The position numbers and the translations under genes were made by a program. DNA of 58,040 nucleotides from an uncultured Clostridia bacterium (lineage in GTDB: Bacteria; Bacillota; Clostridia; TANB77; CAG-508): assembly GCA_944389655.1 (NCBI GenBank), contig CALXND010000003.1, positions 1 to 58,040 of the forward strand, read 5' to 3'. This document shows, in pieces, positions 42,994 through 52,522 of this stretch (position 1 is its first letter; every line of letters starts with the position of its first letter). Below the pieces are notes generated by a model. It was given only the letters and a program-made list of their open reading frames with translations. It did not search any database and was not told the DNA's origin.

Positions 42994-43995
42994 TTATTCT
43001 CCATTAAGCTTTTTACTAATATATTTCATTACAGATATAACTTTTGAATAGTCCATTCTAGTTGGTCCGATAATACCTATTGTTCCTAAATCTTTATTTT
43101 TATACCTATGTTTAAATGTAACTATACTAAAGTCTTTTAGTTTTTCATTTTCGTTTTCACTACCTATATATACATTTATGTCATTTGCAAATCCTGTATT
43201 AAGTAGATCAGTTACAATTTCTTTTTGGTCTATTACGTTTATAAAGTTTCTTGCTACTTCTAAACTTTTAAACTCTGGTAAGTCAAATGCCTTGTTTGCA
43301 CCTTCTAAATATATTTTTTCTTCTTCGTTTATTACTTTGTTAAGTTGAGCCATAATTGGCTTTATAACTTCTAAACTGTAGTTCATATGTGAAAATATAT
43401 ATTCTTCTAAAGGTTTATCTATTTCATCAAGTGGTTTTCCTTTTAGTTTATTATTGAATATGAAATTTAATGTTTCTACTTGCTCATCTGTAATATCTTG
43501 TGTGAATTTTATAATAGTTTCTTTTATAATGCCTGAATCTGTCAAAATAACGGCCATAAGCATTCTTGTTCCTAAAAGCACAAATTTAATTTCTTCTATG
43601 TTTTGCATCTCTGTTCTTGGTCCTATTGCAAGTGAAGTATAATGCGTAACTTCTGATATTGTACTTGTTGCAATTTTAGTTAAATCTTCTATTTCACTTA
43701 CTTTTTCCGTTAGTTTAGACTGAATGTATTTTATTTCTGCAAGGCTTATGTTTTTATCATTCATTAATTCATCAACATATAATCTATATCCTTTTGCTGA
43801 TGGCACTCTACCACTGGATGTATGTGGTTTTTCTATATACCCTACTTTTTCTAGGTCTGCCATTTCGTTTCTAATTGTTGCACTACTTAAGTCTAAACCA
43901 TATTTCTTTACTATGCTTCCAGAACTTACTGGCTCTGCTGTATTTATGTATTCTTCGACTATTGCTTGTAAAATTTTCTTTTTTCTATTATCCAA
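42994..43995 (-). CDS. hrcA: heat-inducible repressor HrcA
   Basis: SSATIRNEMADLE, PHTSSGRVPS.KGYR.YVD, GIIGPTRMDY; probable TTG start. Confidence 0.96.
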   Translation of the reverse strand: MDNRKKKILQAIVEEYINTAEPVSSGSIVKKYGLDLSSATIRNEMADLEKVGYIEKPHTSSGRVPSAKGYRLYVDELMNDKNISLAEIKYIQSKLTEKVSEIEDLTKIATSTISEVTHYTSLAIGPRTEMQNIEEIKFVLLGTRMLMAVILTDSGIIKETIIKFTQDITDEQVETLNFIFNNKLKGKPLDEIDKPLEEYIFSHMNYSLEVIKPIMAQLNKVINEEEKIYLEGANKAFDLPEFKSLEVARNFINVIDQKEIVTDLLNTGFANDINVYIGSENENEKLKDFSIVTFKHRYKNKDLGTIGIIGPTRMDYSKVISVMKYISKKLNGE

Positions 43996-44009
43996 TTTTG
44001 CACCTTCTT

Positions 44010-44087
44010 TTAGCAATTGTTTTAGTGGACTGCTAAACTTTATATATATTATATCCAAAATTAGCAATTGTCAATACTTATTGCTAA
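44010..44087 (-). promoter_or_regulatory. two variant CIRCE operators and the hrcA sigmaA promoter
   Basis: TTAGCAATA-N9-AATTGCTAA (44061-44087, overlaps TTGACA) and TTAGCAGTC-N9-AATTGCTAA (44010-44036). Confidence 0.85.
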
Positions 44088-44299
44088 TTTTCTTTGTGAA
44101 TTTTGTGTGAAAACTAGGATTTTAAAATATTGATTATATTCTATTTAGAGTAAGATTTATCCTTGCTTATTTTTATTTAGATATAAAAGTAAACTTTAGC
44201 CTTAATATACATACATATTAGTTTTTTCTAAGTCTTTTATTCTATTTCAAATGAAATTTCCAGAAACTTAAAGTTTTTTCAATTTTTTTAGAAAAACTA

Positions 44300-44328
44300 T
44301 TGACAACTATATAGAAATAGTTTATACT
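44300..44328 (+). promoter_or_regulatory. sigmaA promoter of the tRNA pair
   Basis: TTGACA-17-TATACT. Confidence 0.75.
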
Positions 44329-44346
44329 TGTAAGTGCGTTAGAGAT

Positions 44347-44423
44347 GCGCCCTTAGCTCAGTTGGTTAGAGCAACCGGCTCATAACCGGTAGGTCCAAGG
44401 TTCGAATCCTTGAGGGCGCACCA
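44347..44423 (+). tRNA. tRNA-Ile2(CAT), lysidine type
   Basis: GCGCCCTTAGCTCAGTTGGTTAGAGC...CGGCTCATAACCG...CCA; resembles Firmicutes Ile2 rather than Met. Confidence 0.85.
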
Positions 44424-44466
44424 TTTTTATTAAATAGAGTTTTTCTATTTAGTAAATTTATATTTT

Positions 44467-44552
44467 GGGTAGGTGGCCGAGTGGCTAAAGGCGGCAGACT
44501 GTAAATCTGTTCTCATTTGAGTACGATGGTTCGAATCCATCCCTGCCCACCA
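44467..44552 (+). tRNA. tRNA-Tyr(GTA)
   Basis: GGGTAGGTGGCCGAGTGGCTAAAGGCG...CTGTAAA...long variable arm...GGTTCGAATCC...CCA. Confidence 0.95.
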
Positions 44553-44674
44553 AAAATAGAGTATTTTTACAATACTCTATTTTTATTTTAAATAACGTCA
44601 AATGCCTCTATATCTGTATAAAATCTTGCCACGTATTACTAACAGATACTTGTTAGATTTTTTTTAAATACTAT

Positions 44675-44795
44675 TTGACAAATGATAAATATGTGCTATA
44701 ATAAAAATAGAAATAAGAGGCCACAAAAGTGGTCGCCATAGAGTTATATTTTTAATACACACTCTAATCGCGAAGCAGAGTGTGTATTTGTTTTT
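44675..44795 (+). ncRNA. candidate type I antitoxin RNA with its promoter
   Basis: TTGACA-16-TATAAT (extended TG), no ORF, ends at the hairpin AATACACACTCT...AGAGTGTGTATT; convergent with a small hydrophobic ORF. Confidence 0.55.
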
Positions 44796-44907
44796 ATTGT
44801 TTACTTAATATATGTACAAGTACAGCTATTAAGGCAATAGTAATGATAGTTACTGATACAAGACCAGCAAAAAGCAATATAATTAACTGTAATAATAAAT
44901 CTACCAT
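44794..44907 (-). CDS. candidate type I toxin, 37-aa single-TM peptide
   Basis: MVDLLLQLIILLFAGLVSVTIITIALIAVLVHILSKQ; AGGAGG RBS sequestered in the hairpin CGCCTCC-ACAAA-GGAGGTG. Confidence 0.7.
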   Translation of the reverse strand: MVDLLLQLIILLFAGLVSVTIITIALIAVLVHILSKQ

Positions 44908-45143
44908 ATACATCACCTCCTTTGTGGAGGCGACACACTTCTGCTTTCTCCTATTTCTGTATAAAATTATACAGAGTATTTAAGCATAAGTCAGAAAAAG
45001 TGTAGAATTCCAATGCAAAGTGTAGGCAATTTGCAATATTATGTAAAATGTGTTATACTATAAGTGATGAACAGTTTTACCCCCGTTTCATCAGTAACAG
45101 ATAAACCACATAGAACGCGTTATTACGCAAGGAGGAAAAAATT

Positions 45144-45560
45144 ATGGCAAAATACGAAAACGAAGGATACTGTCCGTGTATATGGGTTGACCTTTCTAGC
45201 GATAGTCGCTTGTCTGGTCTGTGGAGTTTGATTGGCCCTAGCGTAGTGTATGAAAAGGAAGATGCAATAAAATGTACTCCTGACATCGCTACTTGCGACA
45301 GGATTTTTGGCATCGATCTTATCGCTTACGATGTGCTTTCAGCCATCGTTAAGAAGAATGTGAATGCTGATAAAATTCTGGTGCATCAGCTTCACAATGG
45401 TTCTTGTACTACGCAACAAACCTCTGACATCCAGAAAACCTTGGCTGAGGCAACCAATCCGCAGTTGATTGCACATGCGGGAAGCAACTTCATTGTTATC
45501 ATTGCTGATGCTCCTTATGGCATTGATGTTTGGGTCTGGGATCTCACAATATGTTTCTAA
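45144..45560 (+). CDS. hypothetical protein with higher GC than the host background
   Basis: AAGGAGG RBS; visibly GC-richer codons; no recognised motif. Confidence 0.65.
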   Translation: MAKYENEGYCPCIWVDLSSDSRLSGLWSLIGPSVVYEKEDAIKCTPDIATCDRIFGIDLIAYDVLSAIVKKNVNADKILVHQLHNGSCTTQQTSDIQKTLAEATNPQLIAHAGSNFIVIIADAPYGIDVWVWDLTICF

Positions 45561-45928
45561 GCCGTAATTAAAAAAACGAATTGTTTTCTGCACTCGAAAT
45601 GAGTGCAGTTTTTTTGAACAATTCAATTATACTACTTGAATCACTTTTTTCTATTTTTTTGCTTCACATCGTTAATATATATACAATTGTTTTTGCTTTG
45701 CAATGGGAACATTTTTGTTCTCTTACAGGTAATTCGATATGAATTTTAACAAAATTTTTTTGTATTTAACTTTTTTTATGATTACCTCTTATAGAATTTA
45801 CTTTTTCAATTGACGTTATAAAGTGTTAAAAAAACAAATTCTTAAAAATTTGCTTTCTTATGTATAATTTTGTATAATATAAGTATGTAACTATTATAAA
45901 ATTCATAATCAATTGAAGGAGGCATTTT

Positions 45929-46354
45929 ATGTTACAAAAATTCTTTGTATTTTTGATCAGTTGCATTATCTTAATGATTGCTTTTATAATCATTAAGATA
46001 GTCGTTCCAATGTGGCGTTTTTGGGTGGTATCAGATGTGGTAATCGAATTATATGCTATCTTTAAGGAATGTTTGAAAATGGAGTTCTCAAAAAAAGAAA
46101 TTGAGATAGCATATGGCAAGTATTGCCTGAAATTTACCAATGTTTATGAAGCTAGTCTCGAATTCGAAAATCTAATTCATGAAGCATTTGAATACTATGA
46201 TAACCTAGGATGTATCGTAAATGATACTTTTAAAGCTCAGAAAAATAAGCTAGTTCGGATATCTTCCGAAGTAAGAACTTTAAAATCAAAGAATTTAGAA
46301 GATTGGAGACAATGTCTCCAATTTTTATTTAATATTTTTAGAGTTCGTTCCTAA
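45929..46354 (+). CDS. hypothetical membrane ORFan with in-frame CGG at 46256
   Basis: AGGAGG RBS; N-terminal TM. Confidence 0.6.
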   Translation: MLQKFFVFLISCIILMIAFIIIKIVVPMWRFWVVSDVVIELYAIFKECLKMEFSKKEIEIAYGKYCLKFTNVYEASLEFENLIHEAFEYYDNLGCIVNDTFKAQKNKLVRISSEVRTLKSKNLEDWRQCLQFLFNIFRVRS

Positions 46355-46688
46355 GGAAGATACATCACATTATAAAAATTTTAGATTTTTTACCAGACCT
46401 TTTATTCAATATGCATAATATTAATGTACCAATTTGCGAACAGTGAAAAAAGCTGGTATCGAAAAATGTTTAGATACATCCTTAACACTATGATGTTCTT
46501 CTATACATGGTTTTATGACTTCTAATTTAAATTTATTAGAATATTTACTCATAAAAAATCCCCATCCAAATGTCAACTTTCTTGTCTAACATTTTTTGTA
46601 CACTTCATATAAATTTTTATCTTTTTGTATATTTTTCATTTTTTTGAGTATACTACTACTAAAGTTAGATGAAAGGAATGAATTATAT

Positions 46689-46883
46689 ATGAGAGTACTT
46701 GATAAAATTGCATTAGCTTTAGTTATAATAGGTGCTATAAATTGGGGGCTAATAGGAATTTTTAACTTTAATCTAGTTGATACAATTTTTGGAGCAATGT
46801 CTATAATTAGCAGAATAATTTATATCTTGGTAGGCATATCTGGTTTATGGTGTATAAAGACATTATTCTCTAATAATGATTAG
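46689..46883 (+). CDS. DUF378 family small membrane protein
   Basis: DKIALALVIIGAINWGLIGIFNFNLV...IYILVGISG; sigmaF/G-like GTATA...GAGTATACTA upstream. Confidence 0.88.
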   Translation: MRVLDKIALALVIIGAINWGLIGIFNFNLVDTIFGAMSIISRIIYILVGISGLWCIKTLFSNND

Positions 46884-47122
46884 TTTTATGTAATTATATT
46901 TTAAATAGCATGTGTTATATATGCATTACTTTAGAAGAACACAAAGCCGAGTAAATTTCGATTTGTGTTTTTATGCTTTTATACTAGTTGTGTCATACTT
47001 CTATATTTAAACTTTATTTCTATATTACAATATTTTTTACACCATATGCTTTTATAAAATTCTACAATTCTTAGTACATAAGTTTATATTTATTCTACTG
47101 GTTAAGTATATAATAAATAAAA

Positions 47123-47387
47123 TTAACCGCAAAATTATTTTTAATATAATAAGTAGTATTGCTCCTGGCACTCCCAATAACCCAACTAATATTGAGGTAA
47201 TCATATTTAAACCAATATGAAAATTAAAGCTTGAACCTATTATATTTATAATAGAAATTAGTATTCCACCTAATACAGAATTAAAAATAAGTCTTACTAT
47301 ATTTTTTAATGGCCAAATAAATATCTTGCCAAATATTAATATAAAAATGATACATGCAACAAATGTTATAACACTATTAAAGTCCAA
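47123..47387 (-). CDS. bofA: pro-sigmaK processing inhibitor BofA; probable end TTG-C-GGT-TAA (87 aa), frame-0 reading continues to 47052
   Basis: NSVLGGIL...HIGLN..T..VGLLGVPG.ILL; downstream of yaaL; sigmaE-like GCATATTT...CATAGTAAT at 47410-47439. Confidence 0.8.
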
Positions 47388-47440
47388 ACAAAATCACCTC
47401 TTCTTAATAATTACTATGATTTTATTTGGACAAATATGCT

Positions 47441-47719
47441 TTACTCGGCCTTATTTTTTCTTAAATAAATCTCATTTATCATGTCTAAGGCTATTCCCTT
47501 TTTTTGCGCTTTCTTCATAAGATAATCTAATTTTGTTTGATTTGCCTTTATTTGATATGCGTAATAATCTATAAGGCCTTCTTCTGCAAACTCAAAATTT
47601 TTGTGTGCTGAGTTTAGATCATTTTTTGTTTTTATTATGCTTACAATGAGTTCTAAATTTTTTTCTTCTTCGGACTTGTCCTCTATTTTTGTTTCTCTAA
47701 CATATTCTTCATATGACAT
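47441..47719 (-). CDS. yaaL: YaaL/DUF2508 family protein
   Basis: NFEFAEEGLIDYYAYQIKA...YLMKKA; adjacent to bofA. Confidence 0.85.
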   Translation of the reverse strand: MSYEEYVRETKIEDKSEEEKNLELIVSIIKTKNDLNSAHKNFEFAEEGLIDYYAYQIKANQTKLDYLMKKAQKKGIALDMINEIYLRKNKAE

Positions 47720-47807
47720 ATTTTCCCCCCCATTAATTACCATTATATGCAATTTTTAGCAAATTATTCATATTAGTTTCGTTTTTTATTGTCCCCCTAT
47801 ATCATTT

Positions 47808-48620
47808 TTATACAAAAATGAAAAACAAAATTATTCCAATTGATTGTATAACAAATAAATTCATTAAATTAGAAAATAGCAAATTACTAGTCGCTTCCAC
47901 TATGCCTTCATGTGATTCTTTATCTTTATAATGTTTTTGAGCTTCTATAAATGTTATAAACTCTGGTATACTTGTAATTACTCCTAAAAGAATTCCCATA
48001 ACATATTCTGGCACATTTAGGTTAATACATAAAATCTCCAAAGTTTCTCCAAGTAAATTGCCTATAAGATATAGTAAAAATACAACAATGACAAGTGTTA
48101 TAATGTTAAGTACTTTAGAAATATTTGTATTTTCTATATTCTGGTCTAATTCTTCATGTTTTAGATAAACTTTATGTGCATTCTTACTAATCTTATTAAA
48201 TATAAAAAATAATATGATAAATGTAACCACCAGCCATAAACTACTTTCTATATTTAATACAGTTATTCCTATCGGAATTAAAATGGTAAAAATAACTAAT
48301 ATAAGGTCTGTTTTTATGGCTACATTTTTTAATTTGTTTTGATTTTTATTTAAAAAAACTGATACTAAATATTGGATTAAATTTATTATATTTGAACTTA
48401 TTATATTAAATATACTAGTTCCTATAAGGCCTGTTAAGCTAGAGAAAGAAACTGTTAGAAGTTCTGGTACAGATGTTGCAATTCCCGCAATATTTCCTAC
48501 AGTCTTTGGCTTTAAATTAAGTATTTTAGCTAAATTCCTAATAAGTTTTACTAATGCATATTTTGATGTTACGACAATGATTATCGAATAAACAAATAAC
48601 TTTATGAATTCTATTAACAT
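47808..48620 (-). CDS. Na+/Ca2+ exchanger-like membrane protein
   Basis: Two alpha-repeat motifs, ATSVPE...SSNIIN and ITSIPE...FSNLMN. Confidence 0.8.
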   Translation of the reverse strand: MLIEFIKLFVYSIIIVVTSKYALVKLIRNLAKILNLKPKTVGNIAGIATSVPELLTVSFSSLTGLIGTSIFNIISSNIINLIQYLVSVFLNKNQNKLKNVAIKTDLILVIFTILIPIGITVLNIESSLWLVVTFIILFFIFNKISKNAHKVYLKHEELDQNIENTNISKVLNIITLVIVVFLLYLIGNLLGETLEILCINLNVPEYVMGILLGVITSIPEFITFIEAQKHYKDKESHEGIVEATSNLLFSNLMNLFVIQSIGIILFFIFV

Positions 48621-48846
48621 CTATTTTCTCCTGTTTGCTTTATTTTAAATTTATTTTACCACTAATTGTTAATATTATACTTTCTTATTTAAATAGTAAG
48701 AAAATTGGACGTTAACGAAATCGAAGATTTTGACTATACAATAATAAAAAAGTAGGCTACCCTGTTAAGATAAAACCTACTTTTTAGCTACTTTAATAAA
48801 TTGCTAATAATTAACATGCTATTTTAGCATATTAGATTGAAAAATG

Positions 48847-49551
48847 CTAATTAAATTTGTATGTAAATTTTATTGTTTCATTTTCTTCTTTCTCTTGAAT
48901 AATACATCCAAGAGATGTGAATATCTTGCCTCCATGGCGCCCACATTTTTTAGTAAATTCTTCTAGACTCTTCCTTACAACTCTTTCATTTTTACATAAT
49001 GCTAATAATATAACTGTTGCATAAAAGTCTCCATTTGTGCTGGATATTTTTGCCTCAAATATATAACCATTATATGCCGACATAAGAAATTTGACATCGT
49101 TTATTTCTAATCCGCCTTCCTTTTCATCTAAAATTGGGATTATTTTTTTAAGTTTAATTCTTTTGCTAAAATCGGCTATAATATTATCAAGCCAATCCTC
49201 GATTTTCTTTACTAAATCCTTTTCAATTTCAAAGTCTTCTTCTTCTAATTTGATTATACATTCACGATAAGACATAACAATAGTATACTGGTATTTTTGA
49301 AACAAAAATTCAAAAAATTCTGTATAATATCTTAGCAGTTTACTCCAACTACCACCTAACGCACAATAGAAAAATACTTCCTTCAATCTTTCAAAATCTG
49401 AAAGGCTTTCATTTGATGATATACCAACATACAATTTTTTCTTATCATCTTCAAAAGTATATTCTATAGTAGTTAGATAGTTTCCATTTACCCGAATTTC
49501 CCAAAATCGGTTGTTTCTTAATTCACTACATACAAAATCTACATTACTCAT
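48847..49551 (-). CDS. hypothetical ORFan with in-frame CGG at codon 20
   Basis: 234-aa ORF with AAAGGAG RBS; no recognised motif. Confidence 0.6.
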   Translation of the reverse strand: MSNVDFVCSELRNNRFWEIRVNGNYLTTIEYTFEDDKKKLYVGISSNESLSDFERLKEVFFYCALGGSWSKLLRYYTEFFEFLFQKYQYTIVMSYRECIIKLEEEDFEIEKDLVKKIEDWLDNIIADFSKRIKLKKIIPILDEKEGGLEINDVKFLMSAYNGYIFEAKISSTNGDFYATVILLALCKNERVVRKSLEEFTKKCGRHGGKIFTSLGCIIQEKEENETIKFTYKFN

Positions 49552-49683
49552 AAAGCATTCTCCTTTTCCTTTTTTATTTGGCACTTAGCCATATGGTTAT
49601 TTTAATTAAGGTTTTACATAATTTTTCAACTTTTTCTTGATATTTTTTAAAATTGGTGGTACAATATTACCAGTTGTTATATA

Positions 49684-49904
49684 AGCGTTTGATAAAAGAA
49701 TAGTAATAAAATTAATTTTATATAGAGAGACTATGTTTGGTGGAAATAGTTTAAAATATTTTATGAATCTACTTTTAGAGCTTTTTATGAAAATAAAACC
49801 GAGTTATACCAGGTTATAGGTATTTAGAGTTGTCAATATATTTGAATAATTAAGGTGGCACCGCGAAGAAATATCGCCCTTATGTTTTTACATAAGGGCT
49901 TTTT
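49684..49904 (+). promoter_or_regulatory. T-box riboswitch (Ser)
   Basis: AGTA, AGAGA...GGTGGAA stem I; GAA-TCT-A specifier at 49768-49770; T-box AAGGTGGCACCGCG; terminator GCCCTTATG...CATAAGGGC-T run. Confidence 0.9.
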
Positions 49905-49941
49905 GTTAGTTTTTTATTTTATTATATATAGGAGGTTTTTT

Positions 49942-51222
49942 ATGATAGATATTAAATTTTTAAGGGAAAATCCAGATGCAGTCAAGGAAAACATCAAGAA
50001 GAAATTTCAAAATCATAAACTTGTTTTAGTTGATGAAGTAATTGAACTTGACAAGAAAAACAGAGAAGCAAAGTTAAAAGGCGATGAACTTAGGAGCCAA
50101 AGGAATTCTCTAAGTTCTGAAATTGGAAATCTTATGAGAAATGGAAAAAAAGATGAAGCAGAGGAAATAAAAATTAAAGTTCAAGAGATTAATAAAGCAC
50201 TTGAGGAAAATGAAAAATTGGAAACAGAATACGCAAATCAAATTAATGAAAGAATGATGAAGATTCCAAACATGATACATGAGTCTGTTCCAATTGGTGA
50301 AGATGATAGTAAAAATGTTGAAATTAAAAAGTTTGGTGAGCCTTTTGTACCAGCTTATGAAATCCCATATCATGCAGATATAATGGAAAGTTTTAATGGC
50401 CTTGATTTAGATTCTGCTAGAAGGGTAGCTGGAAATGGTTTTTACTATTTAATGGGAGATATAGCAAGGCTTCATTCTGCAATTTTATCATATGCTAGAG
50501 ACTTCATGATAAACAAAGGATTTACTTATTGTATACCACCATACATGATACGTAGTGATGTTGTTACAGGTGTTATGAGTTTTGAAGAAATGGATGCTAT
50601 GATGTATAAAATAGAAGGTGAAGATTTATATTTAATTGGTACAAGTGAGCATTCTATGATTGGTAAATTTAAAGGACAAATATTGCAAAAAGCTAATATG
50701 CCATATACCATGACATCATACTCTCCATGTTTTAGAAAAGAAAAAGGTGCACATGGTATAGAAGAACGTGGTGTTTACCGTATACATCAATTTGAAAAAC
50801 AAGAAATGATAGTTGTGTGTGAACCAGAAGACAGTTGGAAATGGTATGATAAGCTATGGTCTTATACAGTTGAATTATTTAGGAGTATGGACATTCCAGT
50901 TCGTACACTTGAATGCTGTAGTGGAGATTTGGCAGATTTAAAGGCTAAAAGCTGTGACGTAGAAGCTTGGAGTCCAAGACAGAAAAAATATTTTGAAGTA
51001 GGAAGTTGTTCTAACTTAACAGATGCTCAAGCAAGACGTTTAGGAATTAGAATTAAAGGAGAAAAAGGTAACTATTATGCACATACTTTAAACAATACTG
51101 TGGTTGCCCCACCTCGTATGCTTATTGCATTTTTGGAAAACAACTATAATGAAGACGGAAGTATAAATATACCAGAAGTACTTCGTCCATATATGGGTGG
51201 CACAGAAAAATTAGTACACTAA
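49942..51222 (+). CDS. serS: serine--tRNA ligase
   Basis: Coiled-coil arm, LIGTSE, FRKEKG, RIHQFEKQE, EVGSCSN, HTLNNT. Confidence 0.97.
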   Translation: MIDIKFLRENPDAVKENIKKKFQNHKLVLVDEVIELDKKNREAKLKGDELRSQRNSLSSEIGNLMRNGKKDEAEEIKIKVQEINKALEENEKLETEYANQINERMMKIPNMIHESVPIGEDDSKNVEIKKFGEPFVPAYEIPYHADIMESFNGLDLDSARRVAGNGFYYLMGDIARLHSAILSYARDFMINKGFTYCIPPYMIRSDVVTGVMSFEEMDAMMYKIEGEDLYLIGTSEHSMIGKFKGQILQKANMPYTMTSYSPCFRKEKGAHGIEERGVYRIHQFEKQEMIVVCEPEDSWKWYDKLWSYTVELFRSMDIPVRTLECCSGDLADLKAKSCDVEAWSPRQKKYFEVGSCSNLTDAQARRLGIRIKGEKGNYYAHTLNNTVVAPPRMLIAFLENNYNEDGSINIPEVLRPYMGGTEKLVH

Positions 51223-51235
51223 AAAGGAGAAAAAT

Positions 51236-51823
51236 ATGATAATAAAAAATCCAGAATTCAAAATATCTGCGGTAAGCCCCAAACAATACCCTGATGATAA
51301 TCTTCCACAAATAGTATTAGTTGGAAAATCTAATGTAGGAAAATCTTCCTTTATTAATACTATGGTAAACAGAAAAAGGCTTGCAAGAACAAGCAGTGAA
51401 CCTGGTAAGACAAGACAAATTAACTTTTATAATATGGATAATAAGTTTTATTTTGTCGATTTACCAGGGTATGGATATAGCAAAATGTCTAAAAAAGAAC
51501 AAGTTAAAGTCGGTAATTTTATTGAGGAATACTTATCAAAAAGCAAAAATATTGCACTAATTATATTTTTAATTGATATAAGACATTCACCAACTGAAAA
51601 TGATAGATTAATGTATCGTTATGTTATAGACAGTGAGAGACCATGTATTATAATTGCAAGTAAAGCTGATAAGATTGCTGTTACTAAGGTAGATGATAGG
51701 GTGCAAAATTTACAAAATGAGCTTAATCCTCTACATGATTTAAAATTTCTTCCTTTTTCAGCTGAAAGAAAGATTTATTCTGACAATGTTTGGAAAGAAA
51801 TAGAAAGAAAATTACCAATTTAA
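51236..51823 (+). CDS. engB: ribosome biogenesis GTPase YihA/YsxC
   Basis: GKSNVGKSS, ARTSSEPGKT, DLPGYGY, SKADK. Confidence 0.95.
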   Translation: MIIKNPEFKISAVSPKQYPDDNLPQIVLVGKSNVGKSSFINTMVNRKRLARTSSEPGKTRQINFYNMDNKFYFVDLPGYGYSKMSKKEQVKVGNFIEEYLSKSKNIALIIFLIDIRHSPTENDRLMYRYVIDSERPCIIIASKADKIAVTKVDDRVQNLQNELNPLHDLKFLPFSAERKIYSDNVWKEIERKLPI

Positions 51824-51905
51824 TTGATTCTTTCTATATTTTATGGTATAATAGTAGTTACCACGTTATTTCGTGAGTAATATTATATTATGGGAGGAAT
51901 TTTAT

Positions 51906-52139
51906 ATGATCAGAAAGCCATCTTATTTGTACTCTTTTTCAACAGAAGGAGAAGCAGCAGAATTTTTAAACCTTGCAAATAAGCAGTTTACTGCTTCATT
52001 TGCTCAACATCCTCTAGTAAATAATAAACCTAATTTATTGCGGGTTTTAGTTACTGGATCAGGAAGCATAACTCACGATATAGCGCTAAAAGATTATCTT
52101 GATGCGCGGGCTTCTGAGCTAAATGGAGTATCTTTCTAA
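51906..52139 (+). CDS. hypothetical ORFan with two in-frame CGG codons
   Basis: GGGAGG RBS; TTGATT...TGGTATAAT promoter-like element. Confidence 0.6.
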   Translation: MIRKPSYLYSFSTEGEAAEFLNLANKQFTASFAQHPLVNNKPNLLRVLVTGSGSITHDIALKDYLDARASELNGVSF

Positions 52140-52229
52140 AAAGTAGTATTTTTTAGATTTTGATACCCTTCCACAAAGAGAAGCTACATCAAACACATGA
52201 ACTAATGTACTGATGTAGCTTCTTTTAAT

Positions 52230-52418
52230 TTACTTTTCTCCCTTTTCTATTTTTTTAGTTATCATTTTTAGGGCTTTTGGTCTTTCTACCATAATAACAT
52301 GTCCGCATCCCAAGCATTTTAACTTAAAATCTACTCCTACTCTGGTTATCTCCCATAATTTGCTTCCACAAGGGTGCTGTTTTTTAGTTTTTACGATGTC
52401 TCCTATGTTGTATTCCAT
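52230..52418 (-). CDS. DUF951 family protein
   Basis: GDIVKTKKQHPCGS..WEITRVGVDFKLKC.GCG. Confidence 0.9.
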   Translation of the reverse strand: MEYNIGDIVKTKKQHPCGSKLWEITRVGVDFKLKCLGCGHVIMVERPKALKMITKKIEKGEK

Positions 52419-52522
52419 AACATTCCCCCCTTTATTTGCTATATTAATTTATCTTTATTAATACTTAGCAAATAATTTATTTAAATATATAATCTTTTTA
52501 AACTTGTTTCTTTTCTCTTACT

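Noticed and set aside
49855-49941. N-terminal extension of SerS in the ORF track
   Set aside because: It overlaps the T-box antiterminator and terminator; the real start is ATG 49942 after AGGAGG.
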